A DNA stretch of 64,000 nucleotides. Source: Acidimicrobiales bacterium (GTDB lineage: Bacteria; Actinomycetota; Acidimicrobiia; Acidimicrobiales; SZUA-35). Positions 15,811 to 24,284 of this stretch are shown here, one piece after another. The first letter of the stretch is position 1. Each line of letters begins with the position of its first letter. The notes below the pieces were generated by a model. The model did no database searches, was not told the DNA's origin, and worked only from the letters and a program-made list of their open reading frames with translations. The position numbers and the translations under genes were made by a program. Location of the stretch: positions 383,174 through 447,173 of the forward strand of contig CBDHHN010000004.1 in assembly GCA_965263455.1 (NCBI GenBank), given 5' to 3'.

Positions 15811-16994
15811 GGGCGGTCGAAGACGGCCACCGTCTCGACGTGCGAGGTCTGGCCGAACAGGTCGACGACGGTCACCGGCCCGAGGCTGAAGCCGTGACCG
15901 GCCAGCAGGCCGGCGTCGCGGGCCAGCGATGCCGGGTCGCAACTGACCAGGACCAACCGCCGGGCCCCGGTGGCGGCCAGGCGGTCGACCCCGGCCCGAC
16001 CGAGCCCGGCCCGGGCCGGGTCGGCCACCACCGCCGCCACCGGTCGCACCCGCCACCGCTCCACCCGGGCCCGAACGACCTCGGCCCCGGTCGGGTAGTT
16101 GTGCACGGCGTCGGCGGCCGACCACGGGGAGGACTCGATGCCGATCAGCTCCCGATCTCGACCCAGGAGGGCGCCGAACAGGCCGACACCGGCGTAGGCG
16201 TCGAGCAGGGGCCCGTCGCCGGGGTCCTCGCCGAGAGCCCGGTCCACCAGGTCGATCAACACCTCGGCCCCGTCGGGTCGGCACTGGAAGAACGACCGGG
16301 CCGAGATCCGCAGCGTTCGGTCGCCGATCCGCTCGTGGTGGTGGGCCTGCCGGCCGGCGTCCACCTCGTCGGCCCCCACCACGATCACGTCGTCGGGCAG
16401 GCGGACACCCTCCGCCGTCGGCGTGATCAGGGCCAGGCGCTCCCCGGTCCGGGCCCCGGCCCGCAGCACGACCTCGGTGGCGTCGACCCCGAACCGGCCA
16501 TCGACCAGCAATTCCTCGACCAGGGGATGGGCCACCAGGCAGTCGTCGGGATGGACGACGTCGTGGGAGCGGCGGTGCCGGTAGCCGGCCCGCCCTCCGA
16601 CCACGGCGGCCCGCACCGTCGTCCGGTAGTCGACCCCGTCCAGCATCGGGCCCGGCAGCACCCGGGGGTCCTCGATCCGGGCCAGGCGGCGGAGGCAGTC
16701 GACCACGATGTCGAGCCGCAACTCCCGCTGACGATCCTCGGTCGCGTGCTGCCAGTCGCAACCGCCGCAGCCCTCGGCCACGGCGGGGCAGGGGGCGGGG
16801 CGGCGGCCCGGACCCGGGCTCAGGACCTCGGTGACCTCGGCCTCCAGGTGTCGCTTGGCCTCGGCCGTGACCCGAACGCGGACCCGGTCGCCGGGCAGGG
16901 CGCCGGTGGCCAGCACCACCCGCCCGTCCGGTCCCCGGCCCAGGGCGGCGCCCCCGGTGGCCACCCGATCGGGTTGCAGGTCCAGGTCTGGCAT
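15807..16994 (-). CDS. TRAM-domain class I SAM-dependent RNA (uracil-5-) methyltransferase (RlmD/RumA-like)
   Basis: ORF 15807..17639 trimmed to MPDLDLQPDRVATGGAALGR (ATG 16994). The TRAM-like N-terminus is followed by the Fe-S cysteines CPAVAEGCGGCDWQH, and the C-terminus has a SAM-MTase fold (LLDAYAGVGLFG, VVADPARAG, VLVSCDPASLARD). Confidence 0.85.
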   Translation of the reverse strand: MPDLDLQPDRVATGGAALGRGPDGRVVLATGALPGDRVRVRVTAEAKRHLEAEVTEVLSPGPGRRPAPCPAVAEGCGGCDWQHATEDRQRELRLDIVVDCLRRLARIEDPRVLPGPMLDGVDYRTTVRAAVVGGRAGYRHRRSHDVVHPDDCLVAHPLVEELLVDGRFGVDATEVVLRAGARTGERLALITPTAEGVRLPDDVIVVGADEVDAGRQAHHHERIGDRTLRISARSFFQCRPDGAEVLIDLVDRALGEDPGDGPLLDAYAGVGLFGALLGRDRELIGIESSPWSAADAVHNYPTGAEVVRARVERWRVRPVAAVVADPARAGLGRAGVDRLAATGARRLVLVSCDPASLARDAGLLAGHGFSLGPVTVVDLFGQTSHVETVAVFDRP

Positions 16995-17006
16995 GATGAG
17001 CAGGGT

Positions 17007-17711
17007 ATGGCCCAACCGGACTCCCCCACCGCCCCCACCCTGATCGTGCCGTCCGTGCTCCCGGCCGACTTCGCCCGTCTGGGCGAGGAGTGCCAGCAGC
17101 TGGAGAAGGCCGGCGTCGACCGCATCCAGTTCGATGTGATGGACGGCCGGTTCGTCCCGAACCTCACCTTCGGACCCGATGTGATCGCCGCGGTGAGGGA
17201 ATCGGTCTCGGTCCCGTTCGAGGCCCATCTGATGATGGTCGAGCCCGACACCATGATCGACCGGTTCGTCGACGCCGGGTGCTCCACCGTGATCGTCCAC
17301 GCCGAGGCCTGCCCCCACCTCCACCGGACCCTGGCCGGGATCCGGGATCTCGGGGCGTCGGCCGCGGTGGCCCTCAACCCCCACACGCCGATCGAGGTGG
17401 TGGCCCACGTCCTCGACCTGATCGACATGGTCCTGGTGATGACGGTCAACCCCGGCTTCGGGGGCCAGGCCTACATCGCCACCATGGAACCCAAGATCGC
17501 GGCCACCCGGGCCCTGCTCGACACCGCCGACCGGTGGATCCACCTCGAGGTCGACGGCGGAATCAGTGCCACCACCATCGAAGGGGCGGCGGCGGCCGGC
17601 GCCAACGTGTTCATCTCGGGATCGGGCCTCTACCGCCACCCGGAGGGGCTGGCCGCCGCCACGACCGAACTGCGGCGGCTGGCCGACGGGGTCCGGGGCT
17701 CCGACGGCTGA
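17007..17711 (+). CDS. rpe: ribulose-phosphate 3-epimerase
   Basis: In-frame ATG 17007 inside ORF 15840..17711. Shows VPSVLPADFARLGEE, IQFDVMDGRFVPNLTFGP, HLMMVEP, MTVNPGFGGQAYI and EVDGGI. Confidence 0.92.
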   Translation: MAQPDSPTAPTLIVPSVLPADFARLGEECQQLEKAGVDRIQFDVMDGRFVPNLTFGPDVIAAVRESVSVPFEAHLMMVEPDTMIDRFVDAGCSTVIVHAEACPHLHRTLAGIRDLGASAAVALNPHTPIEVVAHVLDLIDMVLVMTVNPGFGGQAYIATMEPKIAATRALLDTADRWIHLEVDGGISATTIEGAAAAGANVFISGSGLYRHPEGLAAATTELRRLADGVRGSDG

Positions 17712-17730
17712 ACGCCGGAGCCCCCGCCCA

Positions 17731-18330
17731 TCAACCCTGGTTCAGCTCGCCGGCCCGGCTGATGACGTGGTCGAGCAGGCCGTACTCCTGGGCCTCGGTG
17801 GCCGAGAACCAGCGGTCGCGATCGGAGTCCTCCTCGATCTGCTCCGCCGTCCGGCCCGAGTGCTCGGCGATCAACTCGGCCATCTCCTTCTTGATCTTGA
17901 TCAGGTTCTCGGCCTGGATGGCGATGTCCGAGGCCTGACCCTGCACACCGGCGCTGGGCTGGTGCATGAGAATGCGAGAGTGCGGGAGGGCGTAGCGCTT
18001 GCCCGGAGCCCCCGCCGTGAGCAGGAACTGGCCCATCGAGGCACCGAGGCCGAGGCAGACGGTGGCGATGTCGGGCTTGACGAACTGCATGGTGTCGTAG
18101 ATGGCCATCCCCGCCGTGACCGAGCCCCCGGGCGAGTTGATGTACAACCAGATGTCCTCGTCGGGATCCTGACCAGCCAGGTAGAGCATCTGGGCGCACA
18201 GGGCGTTGGCGATCTTGTCGTCGACCTGCTGGCCGAGAAACACGATCCGTCCCTTGAGCAGTTCTTGGTAGATGTCGAAGCCGAAACCGGAACCGGCGAT
18301 CTCGGCCTGCGGGAGTCCAGGGGTGGTCAT
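17731..18330 (-). CDS. clpP: ATP-dependent Clp protease proteolytic subunit
   Basis: Shows [44 protein letters not shown] (catalytic Ser) and ILMHQP (His). Confidence 0.93.
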   Translation of the reverse strand: MTTPGLPQAEIAGSGFGFDIYQELLKGRIVFLGQQVDDKIANALCAQMLYLAGQDPDEDIWLYINSPGGSVTAGMAIYDTMQFVKPDIATVCLGLGASMGQFLLTAGAPGKRYALPHSRILMHQPSAGVQGQASDIAIQAENLIKIKKEMAELIAEHSGRTAEQIEEDSDRDRWFSATEAQEYGLLDHVISRAGELNQG

Positions 18331-18430
18331 GGGCCTAGGTTACCGTCGGTCGCTGGGCTACGGTGGACGGGGCCAACCCCCCCGGACCCGCCCCGTCGAC
18401 CACCGGACAACGGCCGGGTCCGCCTCGCTT

Positions 18431-18517
18431 GCGGACGTGGCGGAACTGGCAGACGCACCAGGTTTAGGTCCTGGCGCCCGAGAGGGTGTGGGGGTTCGAA
18501 TCCCCCCGTCCGCACCA
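18431..18517 (+). tRNA. tRNA-Leu (anticodon TAG), CCA encoded
   Basis: Folded by hand. Acceptor stem GCGGACG/CGTCCGC; anticodon stem CCAGG/CCTGG with loop TTTAGGT (anticodon TAG); long variable arm (type II); T-arm GGGGGTTCGAATCCCCC; discriminator A followed by CCA. Confidence 0.9.
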
Positions 18518-18528
18518 CAGACGGCCTG

Positions 18529-19134
18529 TCAGACCCCGAGCGCCGCCACCAGGGCCTGGATGGCCCGGCCCCGATGGCTGATGGCGTTCTTCTCGTCGGC
18601 CGACATCTGGGCGAAGGTCCGCCCGTCACCCTCGACCGGGGCGAACACCGGGTCGTAGCCGAAGCCGGATCCACCCTGGGGCTCGGTCGTGATGTGACCG
18701 TCGACCCGACCGTCGACCACGAGGCGACGCCCGTCGGGCCACACGGCCGCGATCACGGTGGCGAAATGGGCTCGGCGCGCCGCTCGCCCCACCCCGGCCA
18801 GCTCGTCCAGGAGCTTGGCCACGTTCTGCTCGGTGGTGGCGCCCGGCCCGGCGAACCGGGCGGTGTGGACCCCGGGAGCCCCGCCCAGGCCGACCACGAA
18901 CAGCCCGGTGTCATCGGCCAGCGCCAGGGTGCCGGTGTGCTCGGCCACCTCGGTCCCCTTCTTCAGCGCGTTGGCGGCCAGCGTGTCGCCGTCCTCCACC
19001 GTCTCGGCCAGGTCGGTGGGCCGGGGAGCGATTCGGTATCGACGGCCGAGCAGCCGGCGGAGCTCGGCCACCTTGCCCTCGTTGGCGGTGGCCAGGGTGA
19101 TCGACTCGGCGTCGCCCGGACCCCCGTCGCTCAC
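18529..19134 (-). CDS. rdgB: non-canonical purine NTP pyrophosphatase (RdgB/HAM1 family)
   Basis: ORF 18529..19362 trimmed to GTG 19134, which overlaps the rph stop (GTGA). Shows [52 protein letters not shown] and [10 protein letters not shown]. Confidence 0.88.
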   Translation of the reverse strand: MSDGGPGDAESITLATANEGKVAELRRLLGRRYRIAPRPTDLAETVEDGDTLAANALKKGTEVAEHTGTLALADDTGLFVVGLGGAPGVHTARFAGPGATTEQNVAKLLDELAGVGRAARRAHFATVIAAVWPDGRRLVVDGRVDGHITTEPQGGSGFGYDPVFAPVEGDGRTFAQMSADEKNAISHRGRAIQALVAALGV

Positions 19135-19859
19135 CGGTCGGCCCGTGGTTGGGGCGGGTCGGCCAGCACGTCGCGCTGGGCCTTGACGATCTCGGTGATG
19201 CCCCCGGCGGCGAGGTCGAGGAGCGTGTTGAGCTCGTCCCGCTGGAACACCGCGCCCTCGGCCGTGCCCTGGACCTCGACGAACCCGCCGGAGCCGGTCA
19301 TCACCACGTTCATGTCGACCTCGGCCCCGGAGTCCTCGATGTAGGGCAGGTCGAGGCGGCACTCACCGTCGATGATGCCGACGCTGATGGCCGCGCACTC
19401 GTCGACCAGGGGATGGGAGGTGATGTTGTCGACCCGGCCCATGAGCCGGGTGATGGCGTCGTGAAGGGCCACGTAACCGCCGCAGATCGAGGCGGTCCGG
19501 GTGCCCCCGTCGGCCTGGAGCACATCGCAGTCGACGGTGATGCTCCGCTCCCCCAGGGCCTCGAGGTCGCACACGCCTCGAAGGCTTCGACCGATCAACC
19601 GCTGGATCTCCTGGTCCCGTCCCGAGGTCCGGCGGCGGATCCGCTCGGGGCTGGAGCCCGGCAGCATGTTGTACTCGGCCGTGACCCAGCCCTTGCCGCT
19701 GTCGCGCATCCACCGGGGCACGTCGTCGTCGATCGATGCCGTGCACAGCACCCGGGTCCGGCCGAACGACACGAGCACGGCCCCGTCGGCCATGTCGGTG
19801 AAGTCGCGGATGAAGGACAGGGGCCGCATCTCGTCATTGGCGCGTCCATCAGGTCGCAT
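19131..19859 (-). CDS. rph: ribonuclease PH
   Basis: Shows [44 protein letters not shown] and [23 protein letters not shown]. Confidence 0.93.
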   Translation of the reverse strand: MRPDGRANDEMRPLSFIRDFTDMADGAVLVSFGRTRVLCTASIDDDVPRWMRDSGKGWVTAEYNMLPGSSPERIRRRTSGRDQEIQRLIGRSLRGVCDLEALGERSITVDCDVLQADGGTRTASICGGYVALHDAITRLMGRVDNITSHPLVDECAAISVGIIDGECRLDLPYIEDSGAEVDMNVVMTGSGGFVEVQGTAEGAVFQRDELNTLLDLAAGGITEIVKAQRDVLADPPQPRADR

Positions 19860-20709
19860 GGTCAGCTCCTCGCGTGTTGCCGTTCCCGGACGGAGCGGAC
19901 CGTCCGGCGGGGGACCAACGTTCGGCGTCGACCAGCTCCGGTCCCAGGAGCCGACTGCCGAGAGTCACAAAGGCACGTATATCGCCGGACGAGACGAACT
20001 GCTGTCGTCCGGCCCGGCCCGGGTCGGGATTGGTCAGCCCGCAACGGTCGAGCAGGCGGGCCAGGGCGAACGCGGTCTCGTCGGCCGACGAGACCAGGAC
20101 GACGTCGCGGCCGACGGCGTCGGAGATCACCCGGGCCAGGTACGGGTAGTGGGTGCAGCCGAGGAGCAGGGCGTCGACCTCGGCCGCGACCACGGGGGCC
20201 AGGAGGCGATCGGCCAGGAGGCGGGCCTCGTCCCCGACCGTGACCCCCCGCTCGACGAACTCGACGAAGCCGGGGCAGGCGCAACTGAACAGCTCGACTT
20301 CGGGGGCGACGGCGGCCATGGCCCGCTGATAGGCCCCCGAGCCGATGGTGCCCACGGTGCCGATGACGGCCACCCGGCCGGTGCCGGTTGCCTGCACCAG
20401 GGCCCGCACACCGGGGTCGATGACACCCAGCACGGGAATGCCGAGTTCGGCCCGGAGGTCGGGCAGAGCAGCGGCGGTCGCCGTGTTGCAGGCCACGACC
20501 AGCAGCTTGATCCCGTACCGGTCGATCAGGTGGTCGGCGATCTCGAGCGAGTAGGCCCTGACCTGATCGAGGGAACGAGGACCGTAGGGATAGCGGGCGG
20601 TGTCACCGAGGTAGACGAGGTCCTCGGCCGGGAGCAGGTCGATGACGGCTCGGGCCACGGTGAGACCGCCGAATCCGCTGTCGAACATGCCGATGGGCCG
20701 GTGGCGCAC
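19849..20709 (-). CDS. murI: glutamate racemase
   Basis: Shows [44 protein letters not shown] and LLGCTHYP. Confidence 0.92.
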   Translation of the reverse strand: MRHRPIGMFDSGFGGLTVARAVIDLLPAEDLVYLGDTARYPYGPRSLDQVRAYSLEIADHLIDRYGIKLLVVACNTATAAALPDLRAELGIPVLGVIDPGVRALVQATGTGRVAVIGTVGTIGSGAYQRAMAAVAPEVELFSCACPGFVEFVERGVTVGDEARLLADRLLAPVVAAEVDALLLGCTHYPYLARVISDAVGRDVVLVSSADETAFALARLLDRCGLTNPDPGRAGRQQFVSSGDIRAFVTLGSRLLGPELVDAERWSPAGRSAPSGNGNTRGADHAT

Positions 20710-20833
20710 CGAACCAGGCTAGAAGGCCCATAGGGCTGAGCCGTTGCTCCCGGACCGGCGACAGCGCCGCACCCACCACCTACGGTTGGCTCATCCGATG
20801 AGGCGTCGGAGCACATGTTCGTGGGTGATGGTC

Positions 20834-20874
20834 GGCCGGGGGCCGGGACCGCAGGGTTCCGGCCCCCGGCCTTT
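20834..20874 (+). terminator. very stable 17-bp hairpin (GGCCGGGGGCCGGGACC-GCAG-GGTTCCGGCCCCCGGCC) followed by TTT; no annotated gene upstream on either strand
   Basis: Read directly. As + strand RNA the single imperfect position is a G-U wobble and a short U run follows. As minus-strand RNA that position is an A-C mismatch and no U run follows. Confidence 0.4.
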
Positions 20875-21030
20875 CACTGCCCCTGCCTTACGCGTCACCC
20901 ACCTCGCCCTTCCCCTGTCGATTCGTGTTGCATCTTCGCCATTGTTTGGTGACGAAGGGGGGGCATAGGTGTGAATGTTCGGGTCACTTGATCCACACCC
21001 ATTGATGGACAGCAGGTCACGAAATGTCAG

Positions 21031-21045
21031 TTCGACGACGTCGAA
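21031..21045. promoter_or_regulatory. perfect 15-bp palindrome TTCGACG-A-CGTCGAA upstream of the HTH/coiled-coil gene (second one GAAATC-TAG-GATTTC at 21073-21087)
   Basis: Read directly. Both palindromes lie in the AT-richer 384-bp gap between murI and gene 21094. Confidence 0.3.
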
Positions 21046-21093
21046 GGACGGTCGTTGTACGGTTCATCAGCGGAAATCTAGGATTTCATTCTC

Positions 21094-21885
21094 ATGGGTT
21101 TCGCGGACGTCCTCACCATCGCCCACGCCGCCGAGGTGTTCGGCGTGCCCCGGGACGCCCTCCTGGGTCGACTCGATCGCGGTGGCCTGCCCGAAGCCGT
21201 GCACCACGAGGGCGACTGGTGCGTCCCGGCCGACGCCCTGGCCTCCATCGCCGCCCGCGAGGGTTGGCCCCTGGATCTCGACGCCAGGGCGGCGGTGACC
21301 ACGGCCGAGCTGCCCACCGTCGAGCCCGGCCCGAGCCGCGCCGCTACGACGGCGCCGGCCCCCGCCATCCCCTCCACCAGGCCCGACGGCCGCCGCCGCA
21401 GCGGCAGGCGCCTGATCGACGACGAGGCCCTGGAACTGGTCACGGGCCCCGAGGGCCAGGACACCGACACGGTCGCGGCCCACGCCGCCGTCGTCCTGGC
21501 CAAGACCCAGGCCGCCGCGGCCCGGGCCGAGGCCTCGGACCTGGGCCGTCGGGTCCGCCGCCTGCGCGCCGATCTGGAGACCGAGCGGGAACGCAGGGCC
21601 CAGCTCGAGGCCCAGTTGGCCGCCGCCTCCCGGGCCCAGGCCATCCTGGAACGGGACCGGGCCGTGGCCGAGGCCCGAGCCGACGAACTGCGCCGCCAAG
21701 TCGAACAGGAACGCCTGGAGCGTTCGATGCTGGCCGATCGACTGGGTGCATTGGAGGCCGACCGCGAAGAGGCCATCACCTCAATGGACCGTTGGTCGCG
21801 TCGCCGCTACGAGAGACGCCAACAGCTCTCGAAGGCATCCCGGCCACCAAAATGGATCCAGAACCTGACCGACAATCAGCGGTGA
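21094..21885 (+). CDS. excisionase-type HTH domain protein with a long Arg/Glu/Ala coiled-coil C-terminal half
   Basis: The N-terminus VLTIAHAAEVFGVPRDALLGRLDRGGLPEAV...WCVPADAL resembles HTH_17/MerR-like excisionase folds. Residues about 130-230 have heptad-like composition (LRADLETERERRAQLEAQLAAASRAQAILERDRAVAEARADELRRQVEQERLE). There is no obvious RBS. Confidence 0.6.
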   Translation: MGFADVLTIAHAAEVFGVPRDALLGRLDRGGLPEAVHHEGDWCVPADALASIAAREGWPLDLDARAAVTTAELPTVEPGPSRAATTAPAPAIPSTRPDGRRRSGRRLIDDEALELVTGPEGQDTDTVAAHAAVVLAKTQAAAARAEASDLGRRVRRLRADLETERERRAQLEAQLAAASRAQAILERDRAVAEARADELRRQVEQERLERSMLADRLGALEADREEAITSMDRWSRRRYERRQQLSKASRPPKWIQNLTDNQR

Positions 21886-21888
21886 GTG

Positions 21889-22839
21889 TCAGAAGTAGAT
21901 GACGTCGTCGAGACGGGCGGCCTTCTCCTCGAGGTCGCCGGTGTAGACGCCGGTCGACAGGTACTTCCACCCTCCGTCACAGACGATGAACAGGATCACG
22001 CCGTCCTCGATCCGCTCGGCCGTCGCCGCCGCCCCGCACAGGGCTGCACCAGTGCTGGGCCCGGCGAAGATGCCGGTCTCGGCCACCAGGCGTCGGGTCC
22101 AGTGGAGGGAGTCCACGGGCCGGACGATCCGCTTCCCGTCGAGAAGGTCGAAACCGTCCCACTGCTCGAACACGGGCGGAATGTAGCCGTCGTCCAGACT
22201 GCGAAGGCCTTCGACCCGCTCCCCCGCCGGGGGCTCGACCGCGATGACCTTGACCTCGGGCCGGTGCTCCTTCAGGTACGTGCCCACCCCCATCAGGGTG
22301 CCGCTCGTCCCCAGACCGGCCACGAAGTGGGTGATGTCCGGCACGTCGGCCAGGATCTCCGGTCCGGTCGTCCGGTAGTGGGCCCGGGGGTTGGCCTCGT
22401 TGCCGTACTGGTAGAGGAAGACCCAGTCGGGGTTGTCCTCGGCCAACTGCTGTGCCAGTCGCACCGCGCCGTTCGAGCCCTCGGCCGCCGGGGAATCGAT
22501 GATCTCGGCCCCGAACGCCTCCAGGGCGGCCCGGCGCTCCATGGTGACGTTCTTGGGCAGGACGATCTTGAGGGTGTACCCCCGGAGTCGGGCCATCATG
22601 GCGAGCCCGATCCCGGTGTTGCCCGACGATGGTTCGAGCAGGACCGAGCCCGGCCGCAGCCGACCCGTCTCCTCCGCCTCGGCCATCATGGAGCGGGCGA
22701 TGCGGTCCTTGACCGAACCGCCCGGGTTCTGGAACTCGAGCTTGGCCAGGAGCCGGACGTTCGGGTTCGGGCTGAGTCCGGAGACGTCGACAACCGGGGT
22801 GTGGCCGACGAGGTCGGCGACCGAGGCGTGGACGGGCAC
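21889..22839 (-). CDS. cysM: CysO-thiocarboxylate-dependent cysteine synthase (CysM type, PLP enzyme)
   Basis: Shows NPGGSVKDR (PLP Lys), EPSSGNTGIGLA, LYQYGNEANPRAHY, ITHFVAGLGTSGTLMG and CDGGWKYLSTG. Closely parallels my memory of M. tuberculosis CysM. Confidence 0.88.
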   Translation of the reverse strand: MPVHASVADLVGHTPVVDVSGLSPNPNVRLLAKLEFQNPGGSVKDRIARSMMAEAEETGRLRPGSVLLEPSSGNTGIGLAMMARLRGYTLKIVLPKNVTMERRAALEAFGAEIIDSPAAEGSNGAVRLAQQLAEDNPDWVFLYQYGNEANPRAHYRTTGPEILADVPDITHFVAGLGTSGTLMGVGTYLKEHRPEVKVIAVEPPAGERVEGLRSLDDGYIPPVFEQWDGFDLLDGKRIVRPVDSLHWTRRLVAETGIFAGPSTGAALCGAAATAERIEDGVILFIVCDGGWKYLSTGVYTGDLEEKAARLDDVIYF

Positions 22840-22841
22840 GG

Positions 22842-23120
22842 TCAGCCGCCGGCCACGGCGGGCAGGATGGTGACGTCGTCACCCTCCCCCACGGTGGTGT
22901 CCAGCTTGTCCAGGAAGCGGATGTCCTCGTCGTTGACGTAGACGTTCACGAACTTGCGCAGCCCGCCCTCGTCGTCGAGCAGGTTGGCCTCCAGCCCGGG
23001 GTAGTCGGCTACCAGGCCATGGACGACCTCGCCCACGGTGGAGCCGCCGACGGACACCGTCGACTGGCCGTTGGCGGCGGGCCGCAGGACGGTGGGGAGA
23101 CGGACGCTGATGGTGGACAC
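22842..23120 (-). CDS. cysO: sulfur-carrier protein CysO (MoaD/ThiS fold, C-terminal GG)
   Basis: ORF 22842..23171 trimmed to GTG 23120, preceded by GGAGG. Ends FVNVYVNDEDIRF...GDDVTILPAVAGG, as in mycobacterial CysO. Confidence 0.8.
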   Translation of the reverse strand: MSTISVRLPTVLRPAANGQSTVSVGGSTVGEVVHGLVADYPGLEANLLDDEGGLRKFVNVYVNDEDIRFLDKLDTTVGEGDDVTILPAVAGG

Positions 23121-23190
23121 GGGGAACCTCCGCAGGGTCGATCGGCAGGACCGGGAGCCCAATGCCGACATTGTTGACCTGATTCGTTAG

Positions 23191-23607
23191 CTATTGTGTC
23201 AACTCGACGGGCTCCTCCGCTATTCCGCCGTCGAGGATTCGGAAACTGCGGAGTTCGGGCTCGCCTCCCATCAGGGAAACGATGACCCAATGCCAGCTGG
23301 GAGGGATGAGTGGCTTGTCGGCCTCGGCCACGTCGGTGGGTGAGGGGTAGGCCACGGTGTGGGTGTGGGAGTGCATCACCCCGATGATGTCGAGCCCGTC
23401 CCGATCGGCGGCCAAGGCGGCCCGGGCATAGCGGGCACCGTCGAGACGGTAGATGCGGGCCGAGGCCGCTTCGTTGGGTATCGGCTCGAACCGCGCCACC
23501 CGGTCACCCTGGGGCGAGCCGAGCAGCAGGCCGCAGCCCTCGAGCGGGTAGGCGTCCCAGGCCGTCGCCACCATCTCCAGCCACGATCGGGGGGTCAGCT
23601 GCAGCAT
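23191..23607 (-). CDS. mec: JAMM/MPN+ metalloprotease Mec (CysO-processing)
   Basis: Shows EGCGLLLG and the JAMM motif GVMHSHTHTVAYPSPTD. 138 aa, located directly upstream of cysO-cysM. Confidence 0.8.
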   Translation of the reverse strand: MLQLTPRSWLEMVATAWDAYPLEGCGLLLGSPQGDRVARFEPIPNEAASARIYRLDGARYARAALAADRDGLDIIGVMHSHTHTVAYPSPTDVAEADKPLIPPSWHWVIVSLMGGEPELRSFRILDGGIAEEPVELTQ

Positions 23608-23708
23608 GGGTGCCGACGGTAGCCGCTCACCCCCGACGTCGGTCGGTCGGAGGCTCGCTCGCCGGCCGACGGAGGGGCTCGCCGGGCCGGACGGCCTAGG
23701 GTGGACCG

Positions 23709-24170
23709 ATGGCCGTCAAGATGATCGCCACCAACAAGCAGGCCCGACGCAACTTCGAGATCCTGGAGACCCACGAGGCCGGCATCGAGTTGCGGGGCAG
23801 CGAGGTCAAGTCACTGCGAGAGGCGAACGTGACGATCGGCGACGCCTACGCACGCTTCGAGGACGGCGAGTTGTGGCTGGTTGCGTTGCACATCACGCCC
23901 TACTCCCGGGCCTCGACCCATGTGGCCAGCGACTCCTCCCGCAAGCGAAAGCTGTTGATGCACCGCTACGAGCTGGACCGCCTGCGGTCCAGGACCGATC
24001 AGGAACACCTGAGCCTGGTGCCGATGGCTCTGTATTTCAAGGACGGTCGGGCCAAACTCGAGCTCGGAGTGGGACGAGGTCTCAAGACCGTGGACAAACG
24101 CCAGCTGATCGCCAAACGTGACGCCGACCGTGAGGCCCGCCGGGAGTTGGCGGCCCGATCCAAGCGCTGA
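23709..24170 (+). CDS. smpB: SsrA-binding protein
   Basis: Shows IATNKQARRNFEILETHEAGIELRGSEVKSLR, WLVALHITPY and KLLMHRYEL. Confidence 0.93.
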   Translation: MAVKMIATNKQARRNFEILETHEAGIELRGSEVKSLREANVTIGDAYARFEDGELWLVALHITPYSRASTHVASDSSRKRKLLMHRYELDRLRSRTDQEHLSLVPMALYFKDGRAKLELGVGRGLKTVDKRQLIAKRDADREARRELAARSKR

Positions 24171-24284
24171 GCGGCCGGCCCCCGATCCGCGGGGCGCACG
24201 GGGTCGGGATCGGGGTAGGATGGAAGGTCCCCCTTTGGGGGTGCTACTTGACAGAGGATCATGTCATGCACACGACCTCGACCC

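Noticed and set aside
18431-18517. tRNA-Leu and the ssrA 3' end (24640-24671) as possible genomic-island attachment sites.
   Set aside because: No integrase, recombinase or phage gene occurs anywhere in the window, and by eye I found no second copy of either 3' end. The flanking genes are core. An exact-repeat search over the whole genome would be needed to exclude a degraded island.
20744-20968. 74-aa + strand ORF in the murI / HTH-gene gap. A 50-aa GTG-initiated frame at 20821-20951 containing CPC...CC was also considered.
   Set aside because: Both read straight through the 17-bp hairpin, have no RBS, and have an Arg/Pro-rich, non-protein-like composition. The region is better treated as non-coding.
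24248-24284. TTGACA box about 32 nt upstream of the tmRNA 5' end, considered as the ssrA promoter.
   Set aside because: No convincing TANNNT -10 element lies at 16-19 nt spacing, so I did not annotate a promoter. It may still be one, since tmRNA is processed from a precursor.
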